Shown here piece after piece: positions 10,519 to 23,078 of a DNA stretch of 50,307 nucleotides. Source of the stretch: Octopus bimaculoides (taxonomy: Eukaryota); the NCBI RefSeq assembly GCF_001194135.2, contig NC_069003.1, forward strand, positions 23,050,391 to 23,100,697. The letters run 5' to 3'. The position numbers and the translations under genes are program-made. Below the pieces are notes generated by a model. It made no database searches. It was not told the DNA's origin and was given only the letters and a program-made list of their open reading frames with translations. How positions within the stretch are numbered: the stretch's first letter is position 1; each line of letters starts with the position of its first letter.

Positions 10519-10976
10519 CGTTGTCTATTCTTGTATCTTCGATTGCATTGTTTACATAACGTATTCATATATGAAATGTCGTTACTTTTAGTGCTGGCTC
10601 TAGTTTCTATAGAAAATCTGTAGACATAGCTTTCAAAAGGGATTGAATCGCACTGCTAATACAGGCAGGACACAATATTGATTTATAAGCCTTTAATATA
10701 TTTGGTAGTATATTATAGTTGCATGACGAAATATGGTGTCCCTATCAGCAATATATATATAACCATCATCACTAAACACTATATCACAAAGTAATAAATA
10801 AAAAGAAAAACAACTGAAAGTAAAAATGTATGTAAAATTTGTATGGGTAATATGGCTGCTGCATGTAAAATATACGTGTAGTATTAAGCATAATTTCTTT
10901 TGAATTTAAACACTGAAATAACCAAAAGAGTCGAGGAAATTAGTTCAACATCGTCTGTAGTTTGGTTGCGTTCTAA

Positions 10977-11165
10977 AGTGGCGAGTTGGAAGAATCGTTA
11001 GCAAGCTGAGCAAAATGCTTCGCAGCATTTTGTTTGTCTTTATGCTCTGGCTTCTAATTCTGTCGAGGTCGACCTTGTCATTCATCCTATCCGGGTCGAT
11101 AAAATAAGTACCAGTTAAACATTGGAGTCAATGTAATCGACTTACGCCCGCCCCCGAAATTGTAT
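10977..11165 (+). mobile_element. Short tRNA-derived SINE, family B
   Basis: GGCGAGTTGGAAGAATCGTTAG head, GAGGTCGACCTTG..TTCATCC...GGGTCGATAAAATAAGTACCAG body; homologous to 12003-12201. Confidence 0.8.
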
Positions 11166-11529
11166 AAAAAACAAACCAATTTGGATACGTTCTCAAAATG
11201 GTTATCTACCTTTGACTGAATAAATAGCATGCGAGGCAACTAATTCAAGACTTTTTACAACCACTGCTTACTACTTAGTCCTCCGTATACTACAGTATTG
11301 TACTACAACATATATCTCGTGGTTGTATTTTGGAGAGGCACTGGCATCACAATGTTAGCTTGTCACAGATTAATTATATACATACGAAATTTGTGTGCTC
11401 ACTCTATAATTGAATAAGTTATGGGTTTTGTTAAGTACTGGGTATTAAGAACACCAACTTGAACGATAATCTATACATTGGGTAGATTTATATCATGCAG
11501 AAACGAACGCTTTTGACTTTCATATTTAT

Positions 11530-11885
11530 TTTTTATCTTGTCTTTTATCTTTTGCTTGTTCAATCATTGGGCCCTTGAAGGGTTTAGTCGAACAAATCGG
11601 CCTACTACTTATTCTCTGGGTCTCTTGCAAAACTGTTGTTAAATCACGGGAACGTAAACAAACCAATACTGGAGCAACCCAAACAAACCAATACTGGAGC
11701 AACCCAAACAGACGCATAGATATATACATATCCGACGGGACAGAATTCTTTCAGTTTCCATCTACTAAACCCACTCCCAAAGCTTTGGTTGGCCTGAGGT
11801 TATGATAGAAGCCCCTTGCGAAGGGTGCCATTCAGTGGGACTGAACCCGAGACCAGGCGCCTGAGAAGCAAGTTTTTACCACACG
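11530..11885 (-). mobile_element. Diverged SINE family A copy with a 25-bp tandem duplication
   Basis: Family A motifs on the minus strand; AAACAAACCAATACTGGAGCAACCC occurs at 11656-11680 and 11681-11705. Confidence 0.8.
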
Positions 11886-12002
11886 TTTAAAAGAAGTCGG
11901 TTATTTATTCTTGTTAACTGATATGTGTGATCATAAATCTCTGTACTCAGATTTTGCATGTAATATTTCTAGTACGCATGACCTTAGGGTAAATAATGAT
12001 CT

Positions 12003-12201
12003 CAAATTTTGGCACAAAAGTTCGAGGGAGTGGGTAAGTCAATTACATCGACCCCAGTGATCAACTGATACTCTTTTTATCGACCTCGAGAGGATGAAAG
12101 GCAAAGTCGACCTCGGCAGAATTTGAACTCAGATTATGCAGACGGACGAAATGCTGCTAAGCATATTGCTCGGTGTTCTAACGACTCTGCCAGCTCACCG
12201 C
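12003..12201 (-). mobile_element. SINE family B copy
   Basis: Reverse complement begins GCGGTGAGCTGGCAGAGTCGTTAG and contains GAGTTCAAATTCTGCCGAGGTCGACTTTGCCTTTCATCC. Confidence 0.85.
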
Positions 12202-12904
12202 TTTAGACCTTAGGATAAATAATGAACAGAATCCTTCCACGAATTGAGAATATAGTGAAGAAAAGGTTTCTTTAATTGCGGTTAATATATCAACTCCCTA
12301 TTTGATATCCCTAGTGAAGGTGATTGAACATTATTTGATATTGTGAAAACATAAGAAATCAATGGTAACAATATTGTCTTTTCTAGAAACAAAGTATTTA
12401 GTTGCAACATGTTGCCTATTGATTTTATTAATCTGACACTTCTTTCATTCGCATGCACAGATGAAGTAAATATTCTACTTTAAGACAAAGCATTTGATCT
12501 GAAAATTAATCATAAATTCATAATTAGTCAGGTTTTCTTGTTTATTTTGTTTTGTGTTTTGTGGCAACTTAAAAAAGCCATTTAAAAGAAGCTATAGAAA
12601 TTACGTTATTAATTACATTGTGAAGGAAATATGTGCTATAACTTCTCATTTCCTTTCCTCGTTTTATACAAAACCTTTCAGTATATTTAGACACATTTTG
12701 GAGAGTCCTTTAGAACAAGACATTGACCTAATAAGAGTGGCAGTTTCTGTGCTCTTATCTGATAAATTACTTTTAATAAAGACATACATTAACGTCATGC
12801 ACCTCTTCAGTAAACATACCCTCTGGAGAGGTTGAGAAAGGAGTGTGCTGGACTAATTCCTCTCTGACTTCAAATCGAACTTATTTCGAATTTGCATTTA
12901 TATA

Positions 12905-13219
12905 GCGCAGACGTGACTGTGGTAAGAAGCTTGTTAATTTGCTTTATAAATTTGACTGACTTGTATTGAACAAAGTTTTAGAGAGGTTATAAGTTGGTGG
13001 GCGTTGGTGCCTCTCCCATTTTCATTCTTTCTTGTGTATTCATCTTCATTCATTAATGTCCGTGTCCAGCCCGTAGCTTCTTTGTTTGTTTGTCTTTGCA
13101 TGTCCCCTCTATGTAACGCCGTATGGCGAATTTTTATGAAATAAAGAAGCTTGCTTCCCAACCACACGGTTTCGGATTCAGACATATTGCGTGGAACCTT
13201 GGGCAAATGTCTTCTACTA

Positions 13220-13220
<1 letters not shown>
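12905..13220 (+). mobile_element. SINE family A head interrupted by a 210-bp insertion with a 10-bp target-site duplication
   Basis: AAGAAGCTTG at 12924-12933 and 13144-13153 flanks unrelated sequence at 12934-13143. The SINE then continues CTTCCCAACCAC. Confidence 0.8.
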
Positions 13221-13261
<41 letters not shown>

Positions 13262-13265
<4 letters not shown>

Positions 13266-13367
13266 GTGAGAGAGAGAGAAAGAGATTGAGACAGCACCGG
13301 GTAGCAAGACAAAATAGATAGACAAATAGATAGATACGTATAGGTGTGTATAAAACCATACATATTA

Positions 13368-13372
<5 letters not shown>
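13262..13372 (+). repeat. Short interspersed repeat, also present in reverse at about 29868-29985
   Basis: GAGATTGAGACAGCACCGGGTA.CAAGACAAAATAGATAGA...ATAAAACCATACATATTATACAT is shared between the two loci. Confidence 0.7.
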
Positions 13373-13403
<31 letters not shown>

Positions 13404-13689
13404 TTTGTGCTTGTACCCTACCATCACTTGACCTCTTACACTACAGTAATGGCTCAAGGTCTATTACAGAAAAAAAAAAATCAATGGTTAATTACTCTTA
13501 ACCGTCGATGGCTTTGCTATACCAGTTATTATTCCAACAAATGTATATTAGCAGCCATCATTGTTCTCTGGATAACCTCTGGACACAATAACAACAAGCA
13601 GTGTAAAGCAAAAAGATTCGGACAAAGAAAATAAACAGAATAAAAATAATCTAATCAAAAGTTTAATAATGACGAAAATAGGAAAGTGA

Positions 13690-15530
13690 TAGATCTTATA
13701 CTGGAACCCCTACCTAGGAAACAAATTATGATGGAGAACTCCATTGAAAGTATGACATATATAAACGATCTCATATATTGCGCAGTGTCGGTTACTGCGG
13801 AAATTCTTTGAGTTAAACGTCAAAGAAAAGCAAGAGACAAAGTCCCGTGGTGGGAAGAAAGACTTGAGGATCAAATTGAACAACTCAATAGAGATCTTGC
13901 AAGGATAAATGCAATAACAGGAAAGAAGAAAGTAAGACAAAGATTCAGGAACTTCAAATAAAGGAAAACGTTAGTGACATAGAATTACAGGCAGTTCAAG
14001 GAGCGATAAGGCAAAAATACTAAGCAGTGTCAAGTAAAACAACTAGACACCAACAAAACAAAATACCAGCAGAACTAGCTGATCAGAAACAATAAGAAAT
14101 GTTTATCAAGAGTTGAACTAAGACATAGAACATCAGGGGAATGATGCTTCAGATGTTGAAGTAGTGAAGATCTATTATGAAAGCGGACTGGTCAGGGAAA
14201 TTTAAAAGTGAAATGGAAGATGAGAAGAAAGAAGATAAATATTGCAGATGAAAAAATGAAGAGATGCTTAAAAAAATAGCAAAATTGAAAGCTTCCGAAC
14301 TAGAGAGTGCTCAGGAATTCTCGCTCAAAAGTCTCTGAAGTATACACTACTAAATTCAACCGTTTCTTACTGACTGTATATAATAAATGGAATACTAACG
14401 TGGCTGACAAAAGATAAGACAGGGATGGTACAGAAAAACAAAGATAAGAACGGGTAAGTCAGTAATTATAGACCTATAGCATGTTTACCATTGCTCTGGA
14501 AATTATTAAGTTATAGCTGATGAAATGTATTCCTTGCTGGAGAAAGAGAACCTATAACCAAAGAAATGCAGAAAGAAGTAAAGAGAAACCGCTGTAAGTT
14601 ATATATTGATAGTCGGATATTAAATGCGATAAGAATAAGAAAGAAGAATTTAACTGTTGGATGAATAGACTACAAGAAAGCTTATTAAAATGTTCCAAAC
14701 AGCTGGCTCTTGGAGTGCCTGAGGGTACTCGGAATCAATGAGAAGATAAGCAGCTTTTTTGAAAGAAAAACAAGACAATGAGTGAGTGAGAAGTAGAAAC
14801 AACACGCGAAAATGAATCGCTAGGAAACGTAAAAATACGCACGTGAATATTCCAGTGAGACTCGCCCTCTCCATTACTTTTCCTCATTCTGTAAATTCCT
14901 CTGACAAGCAAACTAAGAAAATACTGGCCTGCCTATGAGTTTTTGCTAAAACAAGGTGAAAATAAATCACCTGCTTTATATGGACGCACTAAAAACTATT
15001 TAAAGTTGTTTTTTTTATAAAACCTATATTCTCCAACCAGCAAGGGTATTTAGCAAGAATATTTGAATGCAGTTTGAGGTAAGTAAATGCGCAGTGATAA
15101 TTATGAAGAGAGGCCGAAAGATAAACTCTGATTGTATAAAATTAGCACGAAACCACATCATTAGATCGCAGTGAAATAGTGTGGGATATAAATAATTAGG
15201 GGAACTGCAAGACGATAGGATAATGGAAGGCGAAATGAAAGACAAAATCTCCAAAAAGTACAGGGATTATGAAGGTAGTAGAGACAAAACGAAATGCAGG
15301 GAATATTTTCAAAGCAATGAATACGTGGCTTATACGAGTGTTATGATAGTCTTCTTTTCTAAAATGGACAAAGATAGAGCTACAGGACCTAGCAAAATTA
15401 GAAAACTTCTCACTATGCATATTGTGCATCATCTGAACTAAAAATGGCAGGAGCCATATGATTGCTAAGTGCAGAAGACATCGTTAGGGCTGCAAATACA
15501 AGTTTGAAAAACTGTACAGTTCTATATTTA
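13690..15530 (+). mobile_element. Heavily decayed R4/Dong-like non-LTR retrotransposon (N-terminal region and RT)
   Basis: Fragments KVPWWEERLEDQIEQLNRDLARIN, SNYRPIACLPLLWKLL, DYKKAY, INHLLYMDALK, SKCAVIIMKRGRK and KIRKLLTMH occur in the expected order, with many stops and frameshifts. Confidence 0.8.
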
Positions 15531-15596
15531 AGAGATAAGGAATTATGTACATTATTTACATTTTACGGATATTTGTTCTCATCTTGTTTGTTGTTT

Positions 15597-15640
15597 ACAC
15601 AGCGTTTCGGCTGATATACTCTCCAGCCTTCATCAGGTGT
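15597..15640 (-). ncRNA. Minimal type I hammerhead motif in the Penelope terminus, one core substitution
   Basis: ACAC-CTGATGA-A-GGCTG gagagtatat CAGCC-GAA-ACGC-T-GTGT. Stems I and II are perfect. There is an extra A between A9 and G10.1. Helix III is ACGC rather than the palindrome ACGT (U16.1 to C). Confidence 0.65.
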
Positions 15641-15715
15641 CTTGTGGAAATTTCGAACCTGGGTTCTCATTCCTATGATATTTTTCGATGTTGTTATTAT
15701 TATTATTATTATTCT

Positions 15716-15788
15716 GGTCACTACCTGAAATCGAACTCAGAATCTCGGGGTTAGTAGCCCATGCTCTTAACCACTACGCCATATGCCC
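15716..15788 (-). promoter_or_regulatory. tRNA-like module with Pol III A and B boxes inside the Penelope terminus
   Basis: GGGCATA TGGCGTAGTGG TTAAGAGC ATGGG CTACTAA CCCCG AGATT CTGA GTTCGATTTC AG. The A box matches TRGCNNARYGG, the anticodon-like loop is CT-ACT-AA, and a T-arm-like B box is present. The acceptor stem does not pair, so it is not called a tRNA gene. Confidence 0.7.
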
Positions 15789-16571
15789 GTGGGCAGGGCT
15801 TATAAATCTAATATTTTTCTATCCTTCCTTAATACCGGTTCCCATATGCTACTCATATCTGCACTCGGTCTGCTTAGGAGGTTGTTGTGTCCTAGCATAT
15901 GTGCTGCTTCTTTTATTTTTCGTATTTTCCAGTGGTGTTCTCTGTCTATTATTTTAACTTCATCCCACAGGGGGAGGTGGTCTCCATTTTTCCATACATG
16001 ATCAGCTATACCTGATTTATCAATATCTCCTCGTCACAGCTTTACGATGTTCGTCTACCCTTATTTTTAGGGGGTGGCATGTTTCGCCTTTGTATAACCT
16101 ACCACAGCTGCATGGGATGGAGTATACGCAGTCTTTGGTCATATTCTCTTCTGTTGGTGGTTTTACTCGAAGGAGATATTTGCGAAGTGTTGTATTACTC
16201 TTGAATACTGTCCTGATGTCATATGGGCTGCATATCTTTTGTATCTTTTCGGAGAGGCCTTTCACATAGGGTAGACATGCTGTGGGCAATTTCATGGTTT
16301 CATCCCCTCTTTTCTTCATAAGAAATGATCAAGCTCAATAACAATCTATTAAGCAACAACTACCCCAAAAACATACTATCCACTCCTGTTATGAAGAAAA
16401 GGAAAGATGAAACCACCAGCAGCAACATACCTAGCTAGATACAGAGATAGATAGATAGATAGATTGACAGATAGATAGATAGATAGACAGACAGACAAAC
16501 ATTCAAACAGACAGACAGACAGATAGATACTTTATTTTCTCTATCTGCTACCACGTTCCCACCTATCTTGT

Positions 16572-16668
16572 ATCAGTGCTTGATTGCTTCAGAATTGTTT
16601 GCACAACAGTAGTCATTCCGATCAGTGGCTGGTTGCTTCAGGTTTGTTTGCACAACACTGGCCATTTC
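16572..16668. repeat. Two diverged tandem units of about 49 bp
   Basis: ATCAGTG....TTGCTTCAG..TTGTTTGCACAACA..G.CATT occurs at 16572 and 16621. Confidence 0.7.
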
Positions 16669-17359
16669 TCTTGCTTCAACACATTCTAACTTATTTGCAC
16701 GTAAAATCACGCACTGATTTGTTTCTGTAAGAACATGGTTTAAACCCGAGTTATAGATAAAAGGAAAATTTTATTTCTATTTCTTGTATTATCGAAAGGT
16801 TGTTTTGGAATCTTTGTTAATGAAAAAGAAAAGAAAGAAATCTTTTTACAGATTACAGTATTGCGAGCAGCTTTTGGATTCAGTTGAAACTCATTTAAAT
16901 TTTATGTGACTCATTGTGTCACCTAACTATACCGGTCTTTTAAAGTGAAATAGCGATTGAAAAAAAAAAAAAAACAGATGTCACTATTAGACAGTAGGCT
17001 GATTAAAAGAATTCATATACCACAGATTTTTTAGATTTTTCAGATTTTTTCATCATTGTTTTACTAAATCAATAGAGGCGGATTTTGTCGTAGCACGCAG
17101 TTGCTAGTGAAATGTGCATTTAGCAATTCCACCGTCGATGCTGGACGACTTATCTGCTACTGATATATCTTTTGTCTTTTGACATCGTACGTCCATAAAA
17201 GATACTATATTGAGATGAATGCCGCAGTTAGTTAGGCTTTCAATGATGTATCTGCTTTAAATATGATATACAGATCGCTGTTTTAAACTCATACGGGTAC
17301 CGTGACGCATAACAAATATACATACGTACATACATACATACATGCATACATACAAACGA

Positions 17360-17900
17360 ATATACAGACATCATAACTCTTGCTCAATGTTCTGTGAACA
17401 CCGTAAAGACTGTAAAACGGGACATGGACAGCTTCAACAGAGACTACGAATCCATGGCCAACAGGATGGGACAAAACAGGCGTTCTGACTATGTCCGTAT
17501 GCCCCAGCCTGTCTTTGAACAGGGCTTTAGGTTCAGTTCAGACGGCTATGTGAAGCTGCTGGAGACTGCAATTAATACTTAGTTGGAGAGGGTTGTTGTT
17601 GGAAGGCAATTTATGAGGCAGTAAGATTCGGATCCCTGCCACACATCTGAAGAGAGTCAGAAATGGTTATCGGAGAATTCCTACGACTTCACTATTTTCA
17701 TTTTCTAACCTCCTAATTCCCCCAATCAAAATCCTATGGACTGCTGTGTGAAGCGCGGTTGAAAAAGAGCCGAGCTGGTGAACAGCCAAGATCAAGCGGT
17801 CTTCCCAGGGACGCAGTAAGGAATGTAGGGCCAGGTTCCGGAGCTGATTTGAGTTTGTAGTGCAAGCCGAGAGCTGCTAATTTAAGTAAACTGTTATCTA
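17360..17900 (+). mobile_element. Internally deleted DD37D (maT-type) Tc1/mariner remnant
   Basis: Q*DSDPCHTSEESQKWLSENSYDF...PPNSPNQNPMD has 37 residues between the second and third catalytic Asp. An N-terminal piece VKTVKRDMD..NRDYESMA.R...RRSD is joined directly to the DDE region. Confidence 0.8.
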
Positions 17901-18005
17901 CGATTCATAATCTTGTCGACACTTTTTGATTTTTTAAAATACTTTAATTTTTGGATTGAAAACTGCTTTCTTTTCCTTTTATGCAAACTGTCAAAATTAG
18001 CTCGA

Positions 18006-18051
<46 letters not shown>

Positions 18052-18433
18052 TTTTACTCTTTTACTTGTTTCAGTCATTTGACTGAGGCCATGCTGGAGC
18101 ACCGCCTTTAGTCGAGGAAATCGACCCCCAGGAATTATTCTTTGTAAGCCTAGTACTTACTCTATCGGTCTCTTGCCGAACCGCTAAGTTACGGGGACGA
18201 AAACACACCAGCATCGGTTGTCAAGCGATGTTGGGGAGACAAACACTCACACACACATATATATACATATACATTTATATACGACGGGCTTCTTTCAGTT
18301 TCCGTCTACCAAATCCACTCACAAGGCTTTGGTCGGCCCGAGGCTATAGTAGAAGACACTTGCCCAAGGTGCCACACAGTGGGACTGAACCCAGAACCAT
18401 GTGGTTGGTAAGCAAGCTACTTACCACACAGCC
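18052..18433 (-). mobile_element. SINE family A copy, close to the other well-preserved copies
   Basis: Reverse complement of 403-812 over nearly its full length. Confidence 0.92.
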
Positions 18434-19178
18434 ATATATATATATATCCAATATATGCATATATATATATGAATGCGTGCGCGCGCGCGCATCTATGTAT
18501 ATATATACGTATGCGCGCGGGCGCATACGTGTATGTATGCGCGCGCATGTGTGTGTGCCAGCATACTTAATGTAGTGATCTTTCTCCTCGCTGTATATCT
18601 AATCAATTAAAATTAGATCCATTATAAAGATGAAAGTGAATACTTTTATTGATACCTTTCCTCAAAGTAGTTGGATCGAGCTAATGAGATATGTTTGATT
18701 ATAACTAATGAGATATATTTGTTATAACTGATGTGTTATAACGTGAAATGTTGTCACAGCAGCATTCAGCAGGTTGACAATTTTCCCGATACGTACAGTA
18801 GAACTTCATATACGGAATATAGTAGCTGGAAAAATGTTCGTTGAAGTTATGTCAGCAATTTGTAGTTAGTTCAAAGTGTAGTTAAAACCTCTCTCTAGGG
18901 TTGGCAAAATCTAAGCAAAGGAAATAATGATTAGAAAATTCAGCTGTTCTATTTCTCGTTTGTTTTTAATGAATACGGCGCAGATGGAATTGGCCTTTAT
19001 TATTAACCAAATGTTAAGAGTAATAAATCTCCTCATTTGATCTTAGCAGAACATATTCTATTCTGCTACCAAAGTTTTATCAATTTTACCTAATCAGAAA
19101 CCAGGATTTGGAAGCTGGCATTTTCTGCATGATGGCTGTCTATCATAAAATGAAAGCAAAATCATTACGAGGAGGAAT

Positions 19179-19239
<61 letters not shown>

Positions 19240-19869
19240 NNNNNNNNNNNNNNNNNNNNNNNNNNNNNNNNNNNNNNNNNNNNNNNNNNNNNNNNNNNNN
19301 NNNNNNNNNNNNNNNNNNNNNNNNNNNNNNNNNNNNNNNNNNNNNNNNNNNNNNNNNNNNNNNNNNNNNNNNNNNNNNNNNNNNNNNNNNNNNNNNNNNN
19401 NNNNNNNNNNNNNNNNNNNNNNNNNNNNNNNNNNNNNNNNNNNNNNNNNNNNNNNNNNNNNNNNNNNNNNNNNNNNNNNNNNNNNNNNNNNNNNNNNNNN
19501 NNNNNNNNNNNNNNNNNNNNNNNNNNNNNNNNNNNNNNNNNNNNNNNNNNNNNNNNNNNNNNNNNNNNNNNNNNNNNNNNNNNNNNNNNNNNNNNNNNNN
19601 NNNNNNNNNNNNNNNNNNNNNNNNNNNNNNNNNNNNNNNNNNNNNNNNNNNNNNNNNNNNNNNNNNNNNNNNNNNNNNNNNNNNNNNNNNNNNNNNNNNN
19701 NNNNNNNNNNNNNNNNNNNNNNNNNNNNNNNNNNNNNNNNNNNNNNNNNNNNNNNNNNNNNNNNNNNNNNNNNNNNNNNNNNNNNNNNNNNNNNNNNNNN
19801 NNNNNNNNNNNNNNNNNNNNNNNNNNNNNNNNNNNNNNNNNNNNNNNNNNNNNNNNNNNNNNNNNNNAT

Positions 19870-19997
19870 ATGTGCGCAAGAGTGGTTGTGGCGTAATTAG
19901 CTTGCTTACCAACCGCATGCGTGGAACCTTGGGCAAGTGCCTTCTACTATAGCTTTGAAAGTGGATTTGGCAGAAAGAAATTGAAAGAAGCCCTTCG

Positions 19998-20029
<32 letters not shown>

Positions 20030-20216
20030 GTGTGTGTGTGTGTGTATATGCTTGTGTGTCAGTGTTTGTCCCCCCAACATCGCTTGACAACCGATGCTAG
20101 CGTGTTTACGTCCCTGTCCGTAACTTAACAGTTCAGTATAAGAAACAAATAGAATAACTACCAGGCTTACAAAGAATAAGTCCTGGGATCGATTTGCTCG
20201 ACAAAAGGCGATGCAT
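19870..20216 (+). mobile_element. SINE family A copy with internal deletions
   Basis: CCTTGGGCAAGTGCCTTCTACTATAGC, GAAAGAAGCCC.TCG followed by (TA)n, CATCGCTTGACAACCGATG and GAATAAGTCCTGGG.TCGATTTGCTCGAC. Confidence 0.85.
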
Positions 20217-22031
20217 AAAAGGATATATATATATATATATATGCCGTACATACAGACACACACACAAAAGAAATTCGTCAATGGCTACATGCCGGCTTTG
20301 ATTGTATATGTAATATATAACAAAAGCATCTGCCTATAATCCTTTAAATTAGCCATGATGATTAACAAATAGCTATCCATTATAGCGGTAACCATTTACA
20401 TCGAAACTTGGATTCTGCAAACTATGGCAAGTGTCGTGCAGGGCTTTGGAGAAGATAGCCAATCGAGTGTAACGTGTTTATTTATTCAACCATTGTATTT
20501 TCACCCCATAAATAATTGTGCGGACAGGAAGTAGCTCTTGTTCATATTGGGGGAAGTAAGGCTAATATTCATAATCTATTGATGACAGAAAAAACACTGA
20601 GGATTGAGCATAGCCAGGTATCTATCTAGCTGTCTGTCTAGCTGTCTAGCTGTCTGTCTGTTTGTCTAGCTGTCTGTCTNNNNNNNNNNNNNNNNNNNNN
20701 NNNNNNNNNNNNNNNNNNNNNNNNNNNNNNNNNNNNNNNNNNNNNNNNNNNNNNNNNNNNNNNNNNNNNNNNNNNNNNNGAGACTTCAAATTCGATATAT
20801 CGATTTATTCACCACTCTATGTTAACATCCTCTGGAAAAATTATTATATATATATATATATAATATATATAACACATACATGTATATATATATATATGCA
20901 CGCGCACACACACACATATACACAAACATAAATATATATTTACTCAAACACACACGTATTTATACGGTTTGCGTGTGTCTATATTTTGAAAAAACTTTTA
21001 TACTAACGAAGCTAAATACTTATATTCTATTTGTATAACTATTTTCGGATGAAATGCTAGGAGTATGTGCAAACATGTATGTGCATTATCACTTATCTGT
21101 GTATGTGTCAAACGGTTCGTATGTAAAGACAAGTAGATTTGTCTCTAAATATTCCTTCGTCACATGTATAAAGTTAACAAACGATTATATGTGAACGTAC
21201 GTAATATGCAAACACTTCGCACGAGAAGGTTCTGTTTCGTTTATTAAATCACGGCAAAACCCCATAGCAAATATGCTCAGCCTTGCAGACTGGCGGCAAT
21301 CTTATTGATGTTCGCTTTGAATCTTTGTAGGCAGGGTTTCTGTTTGGCAGAAAATTGTATGAAACGAGGGAATAGTCTGAATATTGAAGTTGCGAGCGGG
21401 GAGGAGATGCGTGTGTATTTCCTACGAGAGTTATTGGAAATGAAACGCTGCAGGGATGATGCGTTGAAAAGGCGTTTGTGTCAAGAGGGCTTTGCTGACA
21501 GTGGTGATTAGAAAAACAGTGGCAATATAGTAGTAGTAGTAGCAGCAGTAACAGCAGTGTTAGTAGTAAGGATTGTAACGATGGTGGTTGAACATATAGA
21601 TGAATTACAATTTAGGTCGGAGGAGCAACGGTAGAGTCATTATTGTCTAGATATCGAACGGCCTCTGCTTTGAACGGTTCAGAATTTGCGTGGATCTCCT
21701 GCGGTTTCCGATATAGGAATTGTTTATAATTTGGGAGCGTACTGGTGCATTGTAGAAGGAAAAAAAAAAAATTTAAAAATATGTATTTGCGGAGCCTAAA
21801 GTTTATAGGAAAAATTACGAAAAGTTGTTCCTGAGAGGTTGTAGTGTTGTAAGAGTGATTTTGCAATATGAGTAGTGTTTATATCGTGTCGCTATTGGAC
21901 AAGACCAAGTTGTCCTGCTCATATTGTTGGATGTTTTTAAAGTCTCTGTTATACCAGAATGAATGAGCTGCATGGAGCGAGTGCATGTATTTACTTATGT
22001 AGGCATAGGTATGTAAGCCTATGTGTGTGTA

Positions 22032-22066
22032 TCTCCTCTCTCTCTCTCTCTTTCTCTCTTTCTCTT

Positions 22067-22145
<79 letters not shown>
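22032..22145. repeat. (CT)n microsatellite
   Basis: Directly visible. Confidence 0.97.
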
Positions 22146-22153
<8 letters not shown>

Positions 22154-22283
22154 AAAATCAAAATAAGCAACAAGGATACTCAAAGTTACTGCAGTACGAT
22201 CGTTTCATGCTTAAATAAATTGAGTCACATGAAACGATCGTACTGCAGTAACCTTGAATATCCTTGTTACTTATTTTGATTTT
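22154..22283. repeat. Near-perfect hairpin with 56-bp arms and an 18-nt loop
   Basis: 22154-22209 pairs with 22228-22283 with 3 mismatches. Confidence 0.9.
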
Positions 22284-22958
22284 TGATCACCTTATTTTTT
22301 GGAATTGTTTGGATAATACCATACCAAATTCTGGTGCCTAAACTTAAGTACCATATTCACTTTGAATTTATATATATGCGCATACATCTATGTATGCATA
22401 TATTTATAAAATCAGAAAGTCTGAGAGGTGGATACAGTTTTAGCATTTACATTTGATCCCCAGAAGATTGCAGCCTTTTCATAATCTTCACGTAATATGT
22501 TAATTTGAACATTCTAAACTAAATACGTATATTTTACATCAAATGTATATTTAATATTATATAATAATATAATTGTATGTTCACATAGAGATCTATAATA
22601 GAGAAAACTAACTCATATATATAATATACATCCAGGAACATCATATTGTTCATTATTCAATGTTACCTCTGTTACATAACTGAATACAACTGTTACACAA
22701 AAAATACATTCTTTTTATGCACATTGTTTTATGGAAAGCAAAAATTCGAAAATTCGATTGTAAAGGAAACCGTCGAAATATTTACTGCTTGTATGTTTTA
22801 GATTTTCGGTAGCCGATTCATTGTAGGAGTAGTAACCGTAAAACCTGATTGATTCTCTGAAACCAACTCTCTACTTTATACATTATATTTTTGTACACAC
22901 AAACGCACGTACACACATACGCGCACGAACATACACACACCGACACTTACACACGCAC

Positions 22959-22996
<38 letters not shown>

Positions 22997-23078
22997 TAAT
23001 ACAAATAATGTGAGTATATGCATATATACGTACATGTATGTACATACCTACATCTACATGTATATATAGATGCATATC

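Larger units (their letters stand above)
15545..16415 (-). mobile_element. 5'-truncated Penelope-like element (Penelope/Poseidon type): GIY-YIG domain and 3' terminal region
   Basis: ORF 16020-16319 reads LPYVKGLSEKIQKIC...VFKSNTTLRKYL...CVYSIPCSCGRLYKGET...LKIRVDEH, continuing DKSGIADHVW...WDEVKIIDREHHWKIRKIKEA. A non-coding terminus follows at 15545-15790. Confidence 0.9.

Noticed and set aside
16572-18742. Short tandem units (49-bp pair at 16572; 23-24-bp units at 18681-18742) as a possible CRISPR-like array
   Set aside because: There are only 2-3 adjacent diverged units with no unique spacers, in a eukaryotic context. They are local slippage duplications.
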